Shown in pieces: positions 38,477-53,189 of a stretch of 64,000 nt of DNA. Origin of the DNA: Pavona decussata. Lineage: Eukaryota. The position numbers were made by a program, and so were the translations under genes. The stretch lies in assembly GCA_977016875.1 (NCBI GenBank), contig CDRNST010000088.1, forward strand, positions 1,798,001 to 1,862,000, in the 5' to 3' direction. Below the pieces are notes generated by a model that ran no database searches, was not told the DNA's origin, and saw nothing but the letters and a program-made list of their open reading frames with translations. Each line of letters starts with the position of its first letter. Position 1 is the stretch's first letter.

Positions 38477-41400
38477 TTTATTTGGGGGAATTGGCGATGC
38501 TGGAGGTTATCACTGTTGAAAGATTGTAGGCTTTACGCACCACACAGTCAAATATAGCCCGAGTATAAGCTGCAAACAGCTTCTTGTTTAATTTAGAAAG
38601 CTGACAAAACATCTCCACTATTTTGGGACTTCAGTGACGTTGCATTATCTTGTCCTTAACAAAAAAGTCAACATAATCAAAAGACATATTTTCTTACAAT
38701 AGATGACTAGTAATTAAAAACTTAGTCGGGTTAAACTGTAAATGTATACCCTTTTTAGCTTACACAGCGATGAAGAACAGCTAGATATAAGTGTAGTGAT
38801 TTCATAGTTTACATACTTAACCTCATTTCGACTTTGTGGCTCACTAAATTCTGTTGAGTATCATTTTCTTAGCAGTCTATTCACCTGTTGTGTTTTCAGT
38901 GTATGACGCACATTCAGTGTCTTTTCCTAGCTAATCTAAGAGAATCCTGTCAATTTAAGAGGTTTCGGAGTAGCTCGTATCAGTTTGTTATTGCTAGCCC
39001 TATTTTAATTGATTAGTCTAATCCGCTAAAGCACAGTCCTGCGAGTGGCTGTTTTGCATTTGGTGCATTCCCCGACTAAATCTCACGTGTTTGTGTTACA
39101 CAAGAAAATAGAGTTGACACACATGAAACACGTTTGAAAACTCTAACTTTAGTCGAGAACATATAAGATACAATGACAGTTTACTCCTTTCTATTCACTG
39201 CTTAACCATGTTAACAATGTTACCTTCTCTGCTGCGGTCATCGATTGAAACGAGCTACCAGTACTCTCAAATATGTAACGACCTAATCTGATTACACGCC
39301 ACCAGTAAATGACACTGGGAACAGCAAAAATTGATTTGCAACAATTTACCACAAAATATAAAACATAACATTGCTCTCATGCGATATGTAGCTCGGAAAT
39401 TAACTTCCTTTTGTTTAAGCTGTGTAAGAGACAAAGGTTAACAACTGCGTCAATAACGACAAAGTAAACACAATTAACGGAAAGTTATTGATCACGCCCA
39501 ACAGGGTTTTACCTGTTACAATGCTTTTAACCTCGCTTAAAACCTCGGCATGCTTCTGGAATTAGTATATGATGGATATCAAGTGATATCAAGTGTTCTT
39601 GTCATTTAAATGTGGTATTTACTTTTCTGTTAATATGCTCAAAACATCCTTTTTTGGTTATTCTCGAGGGGGAGATTATATAAAATGGTTGAATCTATTT
39701 TACATACTGACAAGGTCAAAGAGTCGATAGCGGGACACGTATAAGATGAGATAAAAGTTCAAGGATATAGCTTAGGCTCATAAAGCAAACACTATGGCAT
39801 GACATTCCTTAAGGATAATACGTGACTAATGTAAATCAATGTAAACAAACTACTGATGACTGAACCCGGTTAATAGGGATGCTAAAAGGACATCTAGCAG
39901 TGTCCGTATCAGCTATCCGGGTGGTAAACTTCAAGGACATGTTTTATCGACACAAAGACTAAAGCACTGACAATTTAAAAGCAACAGGTCTAACCGCGAT
40001 GTTTAATGTCTTGACTATAACTTAAATTCAAACTAAAAAAAACCTCACGCTCACGGCATTCAAAATGGTCTAAAGGGGCTAAACTACGCATGTTCTCTCA
40101 GTGCTTCAAACACGACTGACAACGTAATCATTCAGAGAATAGTTTGTGACTTTGTTTTAACATTTAAAATTTGTGGTTAATCCAGACGGACTGAGTAATA
40201 GACAATTAATTCAGTGCGTAGATAACCAATGTCCGTAAACTGAGCTACAGACTACCTCTGTGAGAGAGCGTGTCACTCTGGTCACAGAAAGGTGTCGGTT
40301 TTCCGTATTAAAAACCCAGTAATAACTGGTGTCGGTCTTTAGCGGACTAATGAATATATGTGCTTTTAGTCGGGCAAACAGAACTGTCCGTAACAAGTGG
40401 GTGTCCGTAAAGCGGGCTTACCGCACTGTTATCTTAAATAAATCCGGCGATATTTTACCATTTCATAATTAAATTAAATGTCGCATATGCGTCGGATCCG
40501 TAGCGTTGTACTTTAATTGACTTCGGATATGACGAGGAAATCGTGCATGCTTTATTGCTGCTCCACGAAATTACTTTTTCTCTTAAATTTCTTCTTATCA
40601 TCATACATGGGCTAAAAATAGCACTGAGATGTCCGTAACAAGGAAATCGGTTTGCTGTGACAAACGAGTTTATACCTATGACGCATTTTTCTAGAGCCGC
40701 CAATGTTCCCTACACGAAACCGCGTCAGTGGTATTCGATTGAAATTAAGTTCCTGCTTACCCTTTTGCCGTACCCTTGAGGTTGATTATGAAGTTGGTTG
40801 ATAATGTTAGCATAGGTTATCCTTAGAAGGTTTGGCAATATTTGAACTTTAACTAAATAATTTACATTTCGTCACATTTCTAAAGCAAGCAAACCGAGTT
40901 ACTTCCAGAATCTTAGTATTGCGGAATATTCAGCGTTAAGGAAAAATTTTGGCATTAAACAATTTACCCGAAAAATAAGCCCGATCCATGTTCCTTGTGA
41001 GACGTCAACTGACGCGGCAGGAACACTTGTTGAAGCTTCCAAGAATACAACATGATTTAGAATGCAAGGCAAAGGGACAACACGTCATGAGAATAAAACT
41101 GACGATGTATCCCTAAAGAAAAAAATGATGCTCAACTTAACACACACAGCTTCCTCTCAGATTGGTATATAAGGCCGCCGCAGTATGGACTCAGCAACCA
41201 AACAAACTAAGACTCACTCAGACAGAGAAAGTCAGCCAAAGAAACTGAAGAGAAAGGTAAGCAGCAGCTAGCACTAAATCTTACAATGAAATAGTGAACA
41301 AGACCTGCACATTGTGGGGTAACTGAATGGAGGCATGTGGTGTAATTTACAAAGCGGGTGCGAACCATTGCTTGCCCTGTTGACTAATATTAGCCGTTTT

Positions 41401-41955
41401 TCCCGAGATTATGATACGCCATTTCTTGAACAACAGTTTTGTTGAGTATTTCTCATAAATTATATTAAGAAAACTGAAGACAACATTGGCTTTAATACAA
41501 CGTTGTTTTAAACTTTTTAAAAAAGTTCCAAAAATGATGTTGTCGTCGTGGAGTATAACCCTTAGCTATAACTTTATTATTAAAAACTTGATCATTGTAT
41601 ACTGCATTCCAGGGATTTGATTGGTTTAGCTAACTGATTGGCTCTACTAAATTACAACCAAGCTAAGGCATGCTATATGCAAGAAGTTGATTTAAGGTTG
41701 ATAGAGTATTACGGACGGCGTCTTTGGGTGAGGTATGTCCAATTGTACACAAAAGATGAAAAATTAAAATCGCAACTCCTTTTAAACATGCTTAGCAAAA
41801 CTAGTTAAAGTTTCGTCTGCTTAAGTGGCACTCGTTTACTTTACCCAAGTACATAACCAAAAAATGGAACAGAAGTTAAGGAGCCAATTCCGACACATTT
41901 ACCAAAAATAAAATAATAAATGATACACTTTTTCTTCACACAAGAAAGTCAAGAA

Positions 41956-44039
41956 ATGGAAGTCACCAAGGTCCTCCTCGCCGTCACATTTGTTGCAGCA
42001 TTAAGCTCCATAGCTCTCAGCGCCCCATTAAAACCATCATCAACTGAAATTCAAGTCCTCGCGGATGTGATTTCTCGAGTGGTCAAAAATGGCACTCAAG
42101 AGGTATGAATTAAAATTTTTTTTTTTTGTTCATAGTAACCTGGACAATCTGGGTTCGCAAATGACACGAAATAGTAATTGCTCTCAAAAACAGAACTACC
42201 CCTAAACAACAAAGCTAGCAAGTCATCACGGGTATTATTCGATTTCTTAGGAATTTGTTAAGGAAATTACATATTTTAATATTTTCCTTATTGAGTCATG
42301 CAGAATCGGATTTTTTTTTATCCCTTGGGGATAAAAAGCGAACACTTTGACACAACAAGGCTACTCTTCTGTTTTCGGGAGCTTAGTCCTGCTCTAGTTT
42401 TGTTCCTTCTTTCGAATTTATTTATCTGAGCTACAAATATCTTCCCTTTGAACACTTTTTTAAAAAAGGGCTCTATTGATGTAACTTGGCAAGTTAGTTA
42501 TCATGGTCATTTTCATTATATTTCAGTCCTCTATTAGTGCTTTATTTGATAAAGACTAACGTCATTGGCCAACATGTTTTGCAGATGAAAAGCCTGTATA
42601 GTCTGATAACCTCGACAAACTATATCCACAATTCACTTGTGATGCTCCCGAATACAAACACCCAAAATTGTTTATCAAATCAGGTATGTACCGCTTTAAA
42701 TTTAAATTTCATCAACAAGGTGATCAAGATAAACGTCTGTTGTCAATCTGAGTTGCAATGCTGAAGTGCCAGTAAGACAGTGAGTGATTTGAACATGTTT
42801 CTTTTGATAGAAATCGAAAGACAAGCTTGCTATCGCCTACAAGAAGCTGTTTGTATTCAGAAGTCCGCTGTACATGGCCTTCTCTTATGAAGAAACCCAA
42901 GGAACTCAACACAGACTGCTGGCTCAGGTGCTTAGGAGAACAAGCTCTTACGTCAATGGTTCAACTGTCGTGCTATATCGTATGGTAAGAAACCAGAAAG
43001 GCTTTATTATACTTATTATATTATTACACTTAATATTACCAAATAAACGTTCATGAACTCCTGCTACTTTAATTTGCGGAGGATTAAAGCTGAACACAAC
43101 TGTCAATAGCTACAAGCCCAACATTCCAATGGAAAACATTTATACTTAAAAAAAGCTGGATAAAAACTAACTGTAGGTTGCAAGAATTGCTTAAACCAAA
43201 CTTTCAATAACGCTCTCATTTTTTCAAGATCCATTTTTATGCTAAGAAAAGTGATTTTAAAACTATAGCAACCAATCCTTAACATACCACTTCATTTATG
43301 TAGCAGCAAAACAAACTATGTATTACATCTTTTCATTCTTGACTGAAATTTTAGATGAGGTTAAATCACTTTCCGGTGCCCACCGTCCAGGCTGGAATGT
43401 CTGAAGCTGATCTGGATCAATTCTGTCGTGGATACCTTCAAGGCCTTGTCAACAATAATTTAGTGGTAAGTTATTTTGAAATACAAAGCTCATTTACGCC
43501 CAAAAATACCATTCAGAAATTCAAGAGAACAATAATGCTGGGAAATAAAAGAATATCTACTTGTCGATTTTGAGTATCTGTTTATGTAAAATTACTTTAT
43601 TATGTAATCACACGTGAGTTATATCTGTTAAAAAGGAAAAGAAAGTCGACCTGCAGCAATGTAGCAAGTGGATTGGGTGCGTTTGAATCATTAAGGTTTA
43701 AATTAAGAAGTAAAAAACATTTGTTAGTGCTTTGTCGAAGAAAACAGAATGTTCTATATTGTTGCTGCTGTTATTGTTGTTTCTGCTGCTGCTGATTGAA
43801 CAGAGTGGCATCGAAAGAGAAAACTATTGCGTAACACTTTTCCTTTGTTTTGTACCTATGTCTACTGTTAAAAAAATAACGTAAGTTATATATTTAACAA
43901 CCATATTAATGTTAATTCATTATATCCACAGAAACTTGTTATTACCGATGACGTGGTGAAGATTTTTCGCAACTATCTCATTCTCGACTCACTTAAGGAC
44001 GTCATCGGACAGGTGTCCATCTGTGTTGCTAATATCTGA
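41956..44039 (+). CDS. Same secreted protein, copy 4 (212 aa, intact)
   Basis: Exons 41956-42102, 42585-42683, 42811-42984, 43355-43465, 43932-44039 (TGA stop). TATA 41166; non-coding exon donor after 41256. Confidence 0.9.
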
Positions 44040-45986
44040 TGTGGTAAAAAACGATCGCACTGCCCTCTGGAAGAAGGAAGACTAAATATTTCTGTTATTT
44101 ATTATTTCTATTTATTTGAAAAAGCTGGAAAACTTATTCAAAAAAGCTTAACTGATATTTTAAGGCAAATTGGTTACTACAGACTATTTATCACGCGACA
44201 TTCTCTTAGAAGCATCTTCATTATTTAAAATTAAGAAAGCGTGAATTCCTGTACTTCAAACCAGTCCTTATGTTACAATGTCCTTTGTGGAAGGACTTTA
44301 GTCTTTTATTTCTAGGTTCCGTTATTTTTTTACAATTTTCAAGTTTACTTTTCTAAGTACAGTAACGCTTTTGATATTTTTTTGATATTTGAAGAGCAAC
44401 TATAGTTGGTATTTATCCTATTAAGTTTCCCTCTGCGAGAGAAAAACTTTTTGTATTGAGGTTATTACTTGTTGCTGATCGGGATCAGTTTATATTGTAA
44501 TCTGCTACAGATGTTTAATGACTGCAAACCATTGTATACGTGTTGTTGTTAAATTAACAATAAAACGCTGGAAAAACAACCGAATTATTTTCTCTTTTAT
44601 TCCTTTTTTGCATAGTTCGTATGACGGTATCTAAATGCCTTTTCGTTGCAAAAATCTAACCAGTGGAGTTAAACTTCAAAGTCAACCAAAATCCAGTATA
44701 ATTAATGCAGGGTTTATTCTGGGCTCGGGACGTATGCGTGTTAGAATTTTAAACATCCCTATGTAACAGACCGGGCGAAAACAGACCTGCCACGGGTTAT
44801 TTTTCCCTCCTTGGTGGAATGCTTCCTTCCTGGACCCTGGTGACGATATAAAAAGTCCCTGGTCAGTTTCATTTCTCCTCGGAGAAGAATTTACTTTTCG
44901 AGGTTCCACTTACTCCCGTGGCAGAAAGAGAAATCACGAATTTGTCTCCGAATCCCTTTCTTGTTTCTGTTACGCGAAAACTTTTTCAATAAACATGAAA
45001 TATATTTCTTGTGATGGAATTCGGTGTGATTCGTGATAACTGATCAATTTAATTTCTCGGCTAGAGTAGAATTTGGTTTCCCTGGTCAGTAGACCTGCGT
45101 TCTATGATTTCCACTGGACACTGATAGCCTGTAGTCCCATTGTTTTTTTATGTCTAGGTACATTGTTTTGTTTCGCCCTTTTCGACCAATCAGGTGAGAC
45201 ATTGCAAGCGTTGTAGTATCACCTCTTTCTGGCTGCATGAGCTGCCATGGCAGAAAAAATTCACAAATTCGTCTCCGAATCTCATTCTTGTTTCTTTTAC
45301 ACGGAAACTCTTTTGATGAACATGGATTACTTGTGATGTTATCTGGTGTGATGTTGTGCAAAACGGCTGCTGCGGGCTTAGGAAGTCCTCTGACGAAATA
45401 TGACCGGTGCAGATATAACCCACCATCTTTTATTTCTGTGACTTTGCTTGTAACGTAATCTTGGTGACAGAGTGTCCATCTGTGCAGGCCATGCGTTGGG
45501 AAGTCACGATTATGATTAAGGATGAACTGTTGCCGTGTGTATGGGGAGAAACTTGGAAAGAATGGAACTATGATTGCCGACCAAAAAGTCAAATATGAGA
45601 ACCATTCACATGCACACAATGTTTAGACCGATAAAACGGCCGATGAATATCCAGAAGCCACAAACTATCATTGGTCAACTCGCAGTAGGACATAAATTAA
45701 ACATTCCCCCGATATGTAACGCAGACGGTAACATTCGGATGACCGTCCTATGATGTCGCTTCATGTGCGACTTGTTTGGTCTTTGAAGATCTTTGAAATT
45801 TGTGAAATTCTTTCGATTTCGTAGAACTGTTGGGTTACCGAAAATGTCTGAAGGGCGGGTATTGGACCTCGATTTAGATAAGGGAAGATTGTCTGGCTAC
45901 TAGAAACTTCCTGGAATAAAAAGCACACCGTTTATGCCATATAACCTACGCACATCGATGAGAATGTTTTAAATGTGTGCTTGCAT

Positions 45987-46373
45987 CAGGGGCACCCAAC
46001 GACAGTTTTCTCTCAGATCCTTCGAAACGCTATTTTAGGCTATCTGGAGAGCCTTTGAAGCTCTGTACGTTCATTTCAGGCCGCGCTATAATATTTTTAT
46101 CTGTTTGGTCATTCTAGGGCAACTTGGGTCTTTTCGAAATTACTAGGGCTTTTTTGTCCATTTCCCGAAAACCTCAGGCCTTATTTCCTTTCTGAAAATC
46201 TTAGCTGACCTTTTTTCGGCCCTCGGAACGATATTTTTATCAATCCGAAAACACTAGGCCTAAATTTTTCCATATCACGAAAGTTCGAAGTGAAAATTCC
46301 CTTTAGAAAATTGTAGGGGATAAAGGGCCTTCCGAACAGATAATTTAACCAAACGATCCCTCGGGTGCCCCTT
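45987..46373. mobile_element. MITE of the AGGGGCACCCAACG family, unique to unit 4
   Basis: CAGGGGCACCC ... GGGTGCCCCTT with 6-bp TSD TTGCAT. Reverse-complement homolog of 19456-19856. A third terminus starts at 63976 at the window edge. Confidence 0.88.
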
Positions 46374-49300
46374 TTGCATACAATCGCAAAAACCACGCAC
46401 AAAATGTCATTGAACGCATATTCACCCCCTGCATATGATGAAATTCAAGCAATAGTCTAATTTAAGGATTCCTTCAAACAATCATTCGTACGTGGTTACT
46501 GCAAGAAGACGACGAGGAGGACGACGGATGACGAGGACGCAACCTTAGATTCGGTTGAAGCAGAAAGGACCAGCTTGCCTATAAAAGTTGCCTCAGTTGA
46601 TTTGTTTACAAATTGAATGCAAACCTTTATTTTTTTTTCCAAAGAAAACATAGGTTTTTAAGATGGTTGCAACTGGGTCACAACATTTTTCATAACATAC
46701 ATACTATATAGTTAGATCTTATAAATCACTGGCCTCCCTGGAAGAGGTTTTGGGCTTTCTGGTAAACAATTATGTTCCGCAAGGTTAGTTACGAAGTGGT
46801 GCAATAATCTAGTTGTTATAGTATAAGTATTAATCAATATTCCACTAAAATGAAACGTGTACTTCATGGCATTGTCATTTTGAAGTTTAAACTGTGCCTT
46901 TCTGACCATAAAAGAATGACAAAAATTTAAAAAAAAATACAAAGTTCCTACTTAAGTAAGTCAAGTAAAAATAATCGTTTCAGTCTTTGTGTCTTAACGC
47001 ATAACATTTGGCGGGTTCTTGAACTCCTTTTCGGTGCATAGTCCAATTAGTTTTCGTCACGCCCCGTTCTCTTCGTCACTGTTTTTGTTTTTATTTTGTT
47101 TTTGGTTTTTTGTTTTTTTGCTTCTTTGTTTTTTTCAAAACGATGACATCAAATTTCATGTCTTTCCTCGTTTCTAGCTCGGTTGTCGAAATGGAGAATG
47201 ACATGGCTAATCCGTCTATACGGATAATAATTATTTGTGTGAAAACAGAACTTCATAGAAAAAAGGATTATCCTTCTCAGAAGTATAATTCGTCCTTGAA
47301 ATTCGTCGAAACAGATAGGTAAACAGACGAATTGTCGGATCATCCGTCTAAAATAATAATAATCGTCCCGTTTTTACATTGAAACGGATTAATTTGTCCG
47401 CTTGAGTACCAATAATCCTTCTTAAACGTATAACCCGTCGCTAGTGTGAAAATGGTCAATAAGTAAGAATCACATTGTAAACGAAAGGAAAGGAGGATCA
47501 CGGATTCCGAGCAACTTTTCTTCAAAAGTGGGCTACTGTAACATTTGGGTTGTTCCTTCATGTTCCTTTACTCGATTGCTTCCCTAATTCTCGGCGTTCC
47601 CTGAGTCATCGTCTTTTTATTTAAAAGCCGCATGGGATACTTCGTGAGAAGATGGGCATTATTCCAGATTCGTATTCTGTGTTACCTTGTCCTTTTTCTT
47701 CGCTGCATGTTAGCCGGTGGAATTTTCGTAATATCTTGTTTTTACAACATTCATTGAGCAATCTCTGAAATAAGTTCATATCATAGATTGTTTTCCTATA
47801 ATAGCACTTGCTTGTAGTTGGCTTCGAATAAAATTAACTATGATCCCCGTCATCTGTGAATACCTTTGGCTTTTTTCTTCGCTTTCGACAAAAAAAGAAG
47901 TCCCATATCGGGTGGTTTATCGAATGTATGAAGCAACTAGGCCCATTATGTCTTTTCCTAGCTAATCTAAGAGAATCCTGTCAATTTAAGAGGTTTCAGG
48001 ATAGCTCGTATCAGTTTGTTATTGCTAGCCCTATTTTAATTGATTAGTCTAATCCGCTAAAGCACAGTCCTGCGAGTGGCTGTTTTGCATTTGGTGCATC
48101 CCCCGACTAAATCTCGCGTTTTCGTGTTACAAAAGAAAATAGAGTTCACACACATGAAACACGTTTGAAAACTCTAACTTTAGTCGAGAACATATAAGAT
48201 ACAATGACAGTTTACTCCTTTGTATTCACTGCTTAACCATGTTAACAATGTTACCTTCTCTGCTGCGGTCATAAATTGAAATGAGCTACCAGTACTCTCA
48301 AATATGTAACGACCTAATCTGATTACACGCCACCAGTAAATGTCAGTTGGAGCAAAAATTGATTTGCAACAATTTACCACCAAATATAAAACAGAACATT
48401 GCTCTCATGCGATATGTAGCTCGGGAACTAACTTCCTTTTGTTTAAGCTGTGTAAGAGACAAAGGTTAACAACTGCGTCAATAACGACAAAGTAAACACA
48501 ATTAACGGAAAGTTATTGATCACGCCCAACAGGGTTTTACCTGTTACAATGCTTTTAACCTCGCTTAACCTCGGCATGCTTCTGGAATTAGTACATGATG
48601 GATATCAAGTGTTCTTATCATTTAAATGTGGTATTTACTTTTCTGTTAATATGCTCATAACATCCTTTTTTGGTTATTCTCCAGGGGAAGAAAATGGTTG
48701 AATCTATTTTACATACTGACACGGTCAAAGAGTCGAATAGCGGTACACGTAGTATAAGATGAGATAAAAGTTCAAGGATATAGGTTACGCTCATAAAGCA
48801 AACACTATGGCATGACATCCCTTAAGCATAATACGTGACTAATGTAAACCAAGGTAAACAAACTAGTGATGATTGAACCCGGGTAATGCGGATGCTAAAA
48901 GGGTCTAAAAGGACATCTAACAGTGTCCGTATCAGCTATCCGGGTGGTAAACGTCAAGGACATGTTTTATCGACACAAAGACTAAAGCACACAATTTAAA
49001 AGCAACAGAACCGCGATGTTTAATGTTTTGACTATAACTTAAATTCAAACTAAAAAAAACCTCATGCTCACGGCATTCAAAATGGTTTTGCGCTAAACTA
49101 CGCATGTTCTCTCAGTGCTTCAAACACGACTGACAACGTCATCATTCAGAGAATAGTTTGTGACTTTGTTTTGACATTTAAAATTTGTGGTTAATCCAGA
49201 CGGACTGAGTATTAGACAATTAATTCAGTGCGTAGATAACCAATGTCCGTAAACTGAGCTACAGACTACCTCTGTTAGAAAGCGTGTCACTCGGGTCACA

Positions 49301-51113
49301 GAAAGGTGTCGTTTTTCCGTATTAAAAACCCAGTATTAACTGGTGTCGGTCTTTAGCGGACTAATGAATATATGTGCTTTTAGTTGGGCAAACAGAACTG
49401 TCCGTAACAAGCGGGTGTCCGTAAAGAGGGCTTACCGCACTGTTATCTAAAATAAAGCCGGCGATATTTTACCATTTCATAAAGAAATTAATGTCGCATA
49501 TGCGTCGGATCCGTAGCATTGTACTTTAATTGACTTCGGATATGACGAGGAAATCGTGCATGCTTTATTGCCGCTCCACGAAATTACGTTTTCTCTTAGA
49601 TTTCTTCTTTATCATCATACATGGGCTAATAATAGCACTGAGATGTCCGTAACAAGGAAATCAGTTTGCTGTGACAAAATGAGTTTACCTATGACGCAGT
49701 TTGCTAGAGCCGCCTTCAATGTTCCCTACACCAAACCGCGTCAGTCGTATCCGATTGAAATTAACTTCTTCCTTACCTTTTTGTCGTAACCTTTGAGGTG
49801 GATTATGAAGTTGGTTGATAATGTTAGTAAAGGTTATCCTAATTAAAGGCTTGGCAATATTTGAACTTTCACCGAAAAATTTATATTTCGTCATATTTCT
49901 AAAGCAAGCAAACTGAGTTACTTCCAGAATCTCAGCATTGCGGAATAATGACATTAAAAAATTTACCCGCAAAATAAGCCCGATCCATGTTCCTTTGCTG
50001 TTAGCAAAGGTTATCCTGGCTTAGAAGTCTAGGTAATATTTGAACTTTAACGGAAGAATTTACGTTTCGTCTCATTTCTAAAGCAAGCACACTTAGTTAC
50101 TTTCAGACTCTCGGGATTGCGGAATATCCAGCGTTAAGGAAAAATTTGACATAAAACAGTTTACCCGAAAAATAAGCCCGATCCATGTTCCTTGTGAGAC
50201 GCCAACTGACACGGCAGGAACACTTGTTGAAGCTTCCAAGAATACAACATGATTTAGAATGTAAGGCAAAGGGACAACACGTCATGAGAATAAAACTCAC
50301 GATGTATCCCTAAAGAAAAAAATGATGCTCAACTTAACACACACAGCTTCCTCTCAGATTGGTATATAAGGAGCAGTATGGACTCAGCAACCAAACAAAC
50401 TTAGACTCACTCAGACAGAGAAAGTCAGCCAAAGAAACTGAAGAGGAAGGTAAGCAGCAGCTAGAACTAAATCTTACAATGAAATAGTGAACAAGACCTG
50501 CACATCGTGGGGTAACTGAATGGAGGCATGTGGTGTAATTTAAAAAGCGCGTGCGAACCATTGCTTGCCCTGTTGACTAATATTCTTGAACAACAGTTTT
50601 GTTGAGTATTTCTCATAAATTATATTAAGAAAACTGAAGACAGCATTGGCTTTGATACAACCTTTTTATACTTTTTATAAAAGTTCCAAAAATGATGTTG
50701 TCGTCGTGGAGTATAACCCTTAACTATAACTTTATTATTAAAAACTTGATCATTGTATAATGCATTCCAGGGATTTGGTTGGTTTAGCTAACTGATTGGC
50801 TCTGCTAAATTACAACCAAGCTAAGGCATGCTATATGCAAGAAGTTGATTTAAGGTTGATAGAGTATTACGGACGACGTCTTTGAGTGAGGTATGTCCAA
50901 TTGTATACCAAAGATGAAAAATTTAAATCGCAACTCCCTTTGAACGTGCTTATCAAAACTGGTTAAAGTTTCGTCTGCTTACATGGCACTCGTTTACTTT
51001 ACCCAAGTACATAACCAAAAAATGGAACAGAAGTTAAGGAGCCAATTCCGAAACATTTACCAAAAATAAAATAATAAATGATACATTTTTTCTTCACACA
51101 AGAAAGTCAAGAA

Positions 51114-53189
51114 ATGGAAGTCACCAAGGTTCTCATCGCCGTCACATTTGTTGCAACATTATGCTCCATAGCTGTCAGCGCCCCAGTAAAACCATCACCA
51201 ACTGAAATTCAAGTCCTCGCGGATGTCATTTCTCGAGTGGTCAAAAATGGCACTCAAGAGGTATGAATTGAATTTTTTTTTCATAGCAACATTGACAATC
51301 TTGGTTCGCAAATGTCAGGAAATGGTAATGGCTCTCAAAAGAAAAGAACTACCTCTTATTGAAGAAAGCTAGCAAGTCATCACGGGTATTATTCGATTTC
51401 TTAGGAATTTGTCAAGGAAATTACATATTTTAATATTTTCCTTATTGAGTCATGCAGAATCGGATTTTTTTCATCCCTTGGGGATAAAAAGCAAACACTT
51501 TGACACAACAAGGCTACTCTTCTGTTTTCGGGAGCTTAGTCTGCTCTAGTTTGTTGGATTTATTTATCTAAACTACAAATATCTTCCCTTCAAACACTTT
51601 TTTTTAAAAAGGGGCTTTTTTGATGTAACTTGGCAAGTTAGATATGATGGTCATTTTCATTATATTTCAGTCCTCTATTAGTGCTTCATTTGATAAAGAC
51701 TAACGTCATTGGCCAACATGTTTTGCAGATGAAAAGCCTGTATAGTCTGATAACCTCGACAAACTATATCCACAATTCACTTGTGATGCTCCCGAATACA
51801 AACACCCAAAATTGTTTATCAAATCAGGTATGTACCGCTTTAAATTTCAATTTCATCAACAAGGTGATCAAGATAAACGTCTGTTGTCAATCTGAGTTGC
51901 AATGCTGTAGTGCCAGTAAGACAGTGAGTGATTTGAACATGTTTCTTTTGATAGAAATCGAAAGACAAGCTCGCTATCGCCTACAAGAAGCTGTTTGTAT
52001 TCAGAAGTCCGCTGTACATGGCCTTCTCTTATGAAGAAACCCAAGGAACTCAACACAGAATGTTGGCTCAGGTGCTTAGGAGCACAAGTTCTTACGTGAA
52101 TGGTTCAACTGTCGTGCTATATCGTATGGTAAGAAACCAGAAAGGCTTTATTATACTTATTATATTATTATACTTAATATTACCAAATAAACGTTCATGA
52201 ACTCCTGCTACTTTAATTTGCGGAGGATTAAAGCTGAACACAACTGTGAATCAGTGGCTACAAGCCCAACATTCCAATGGAAAACATTTATACTTTTAGA
52301 AAGCTGGATAAAAACCAACTGTAGGCTGCAAGAAGTGCTTAAACCAAAATTTCACTAACGCTCTTGTTTTTTTAAGATGCATTTTTATGCTAAGAAAAGT
52401 GATTTTAAAACTATAGCAACCAATCTTTAACATACCACTTCATTTATGTAGCAGCAAAACAAACTATGTATTACATCTTTTCATTCTTGAATGAAATTTT
52501 AGATGAGGTTAAATCACTTTCCGGTGCCCACCGTCCAGGCTGGAATGTCTGAAGCTGATCTGGATCAATTCTGTCGTGGATACCTTCAAGGTCTTGTCGA
52601 CAATAATTTAGTGGTAAGTTATTTTGAAATACAAAGCTCATTCATGCACAAAAATACGATTAAGAAATTCAAGAGAACAATAATGCTGGGAAATAAAAGA
52701 ATATCTGCTTTTCGATTTTGAGTATCGGTTTATGAAAAATTACTTTATTATGAAATCACACGTGAGTTATATCTGTTAAAAAGGAAAAGAAAGTCGACCT
52801 GCCGCAATGTAGCAAGTTGATTGGGTGCGTTTTAATCATTAAGGTTTAAATTAAGAAGCAAAAAAAATTGTAAGTGCGTTGTCGAAGAAAACAGAAAGTT
52901 TTATATTGTTGCTGTTGTTATTGTTGTTGCTGCTGTTGCTGCTGTTTGAACAGAGTGGCATCGAAAGAGAAAACTATTGCGTAACACTTTTCCTTTGTTT
53001 TGGACCTATGTCTACTGTTATAGAAATAACGTAAGTTATATATTTAACAGCCATAATGATGTTAATTCATTATATCTACAGAAACTTGTTATTACCAATG
53101 ATGTGGTGAAGATTTTTCGCAACTATCTCATTCTCGACTCACTTAAGGACGTCATCGGACAGGTGTCCATCTGTGTTGCTAATATCTGA
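51114..53189 (+). CDS. Same secreted protein, copy 5 (212 aa, intact)
   Basis: Exons 51114-51260, 51729-51827, 51955-52128, 52503-52613, 53082-53189. TATA 50363; non-coding exon donor after 50449. Confidence 0.9.

Larger units (their letters stand above)
37101..38590 (+). mobile_element. Helentron/HINE-like non-autonomous element with nested MITEs, unique to unit 4
   Basis: SubTIR TACTCGG ... CCGAGTA, 3' hairpin AAGCTG-CAAA-CAGCTT followed by a T-rich end, 5' partial inverted repeat, and an internal ~21-bp minisatellite (GCTAACCGGAGTGCTTTTTAG, ~37390-37500). Confidence 0.7.

Noticed and set aside
45086-45619. 177-aa minus-strand ORF and its relatives in other units
   Set aside because: Frameshifted differently in every unit, with no recognisable domain; not supportable as a gene.
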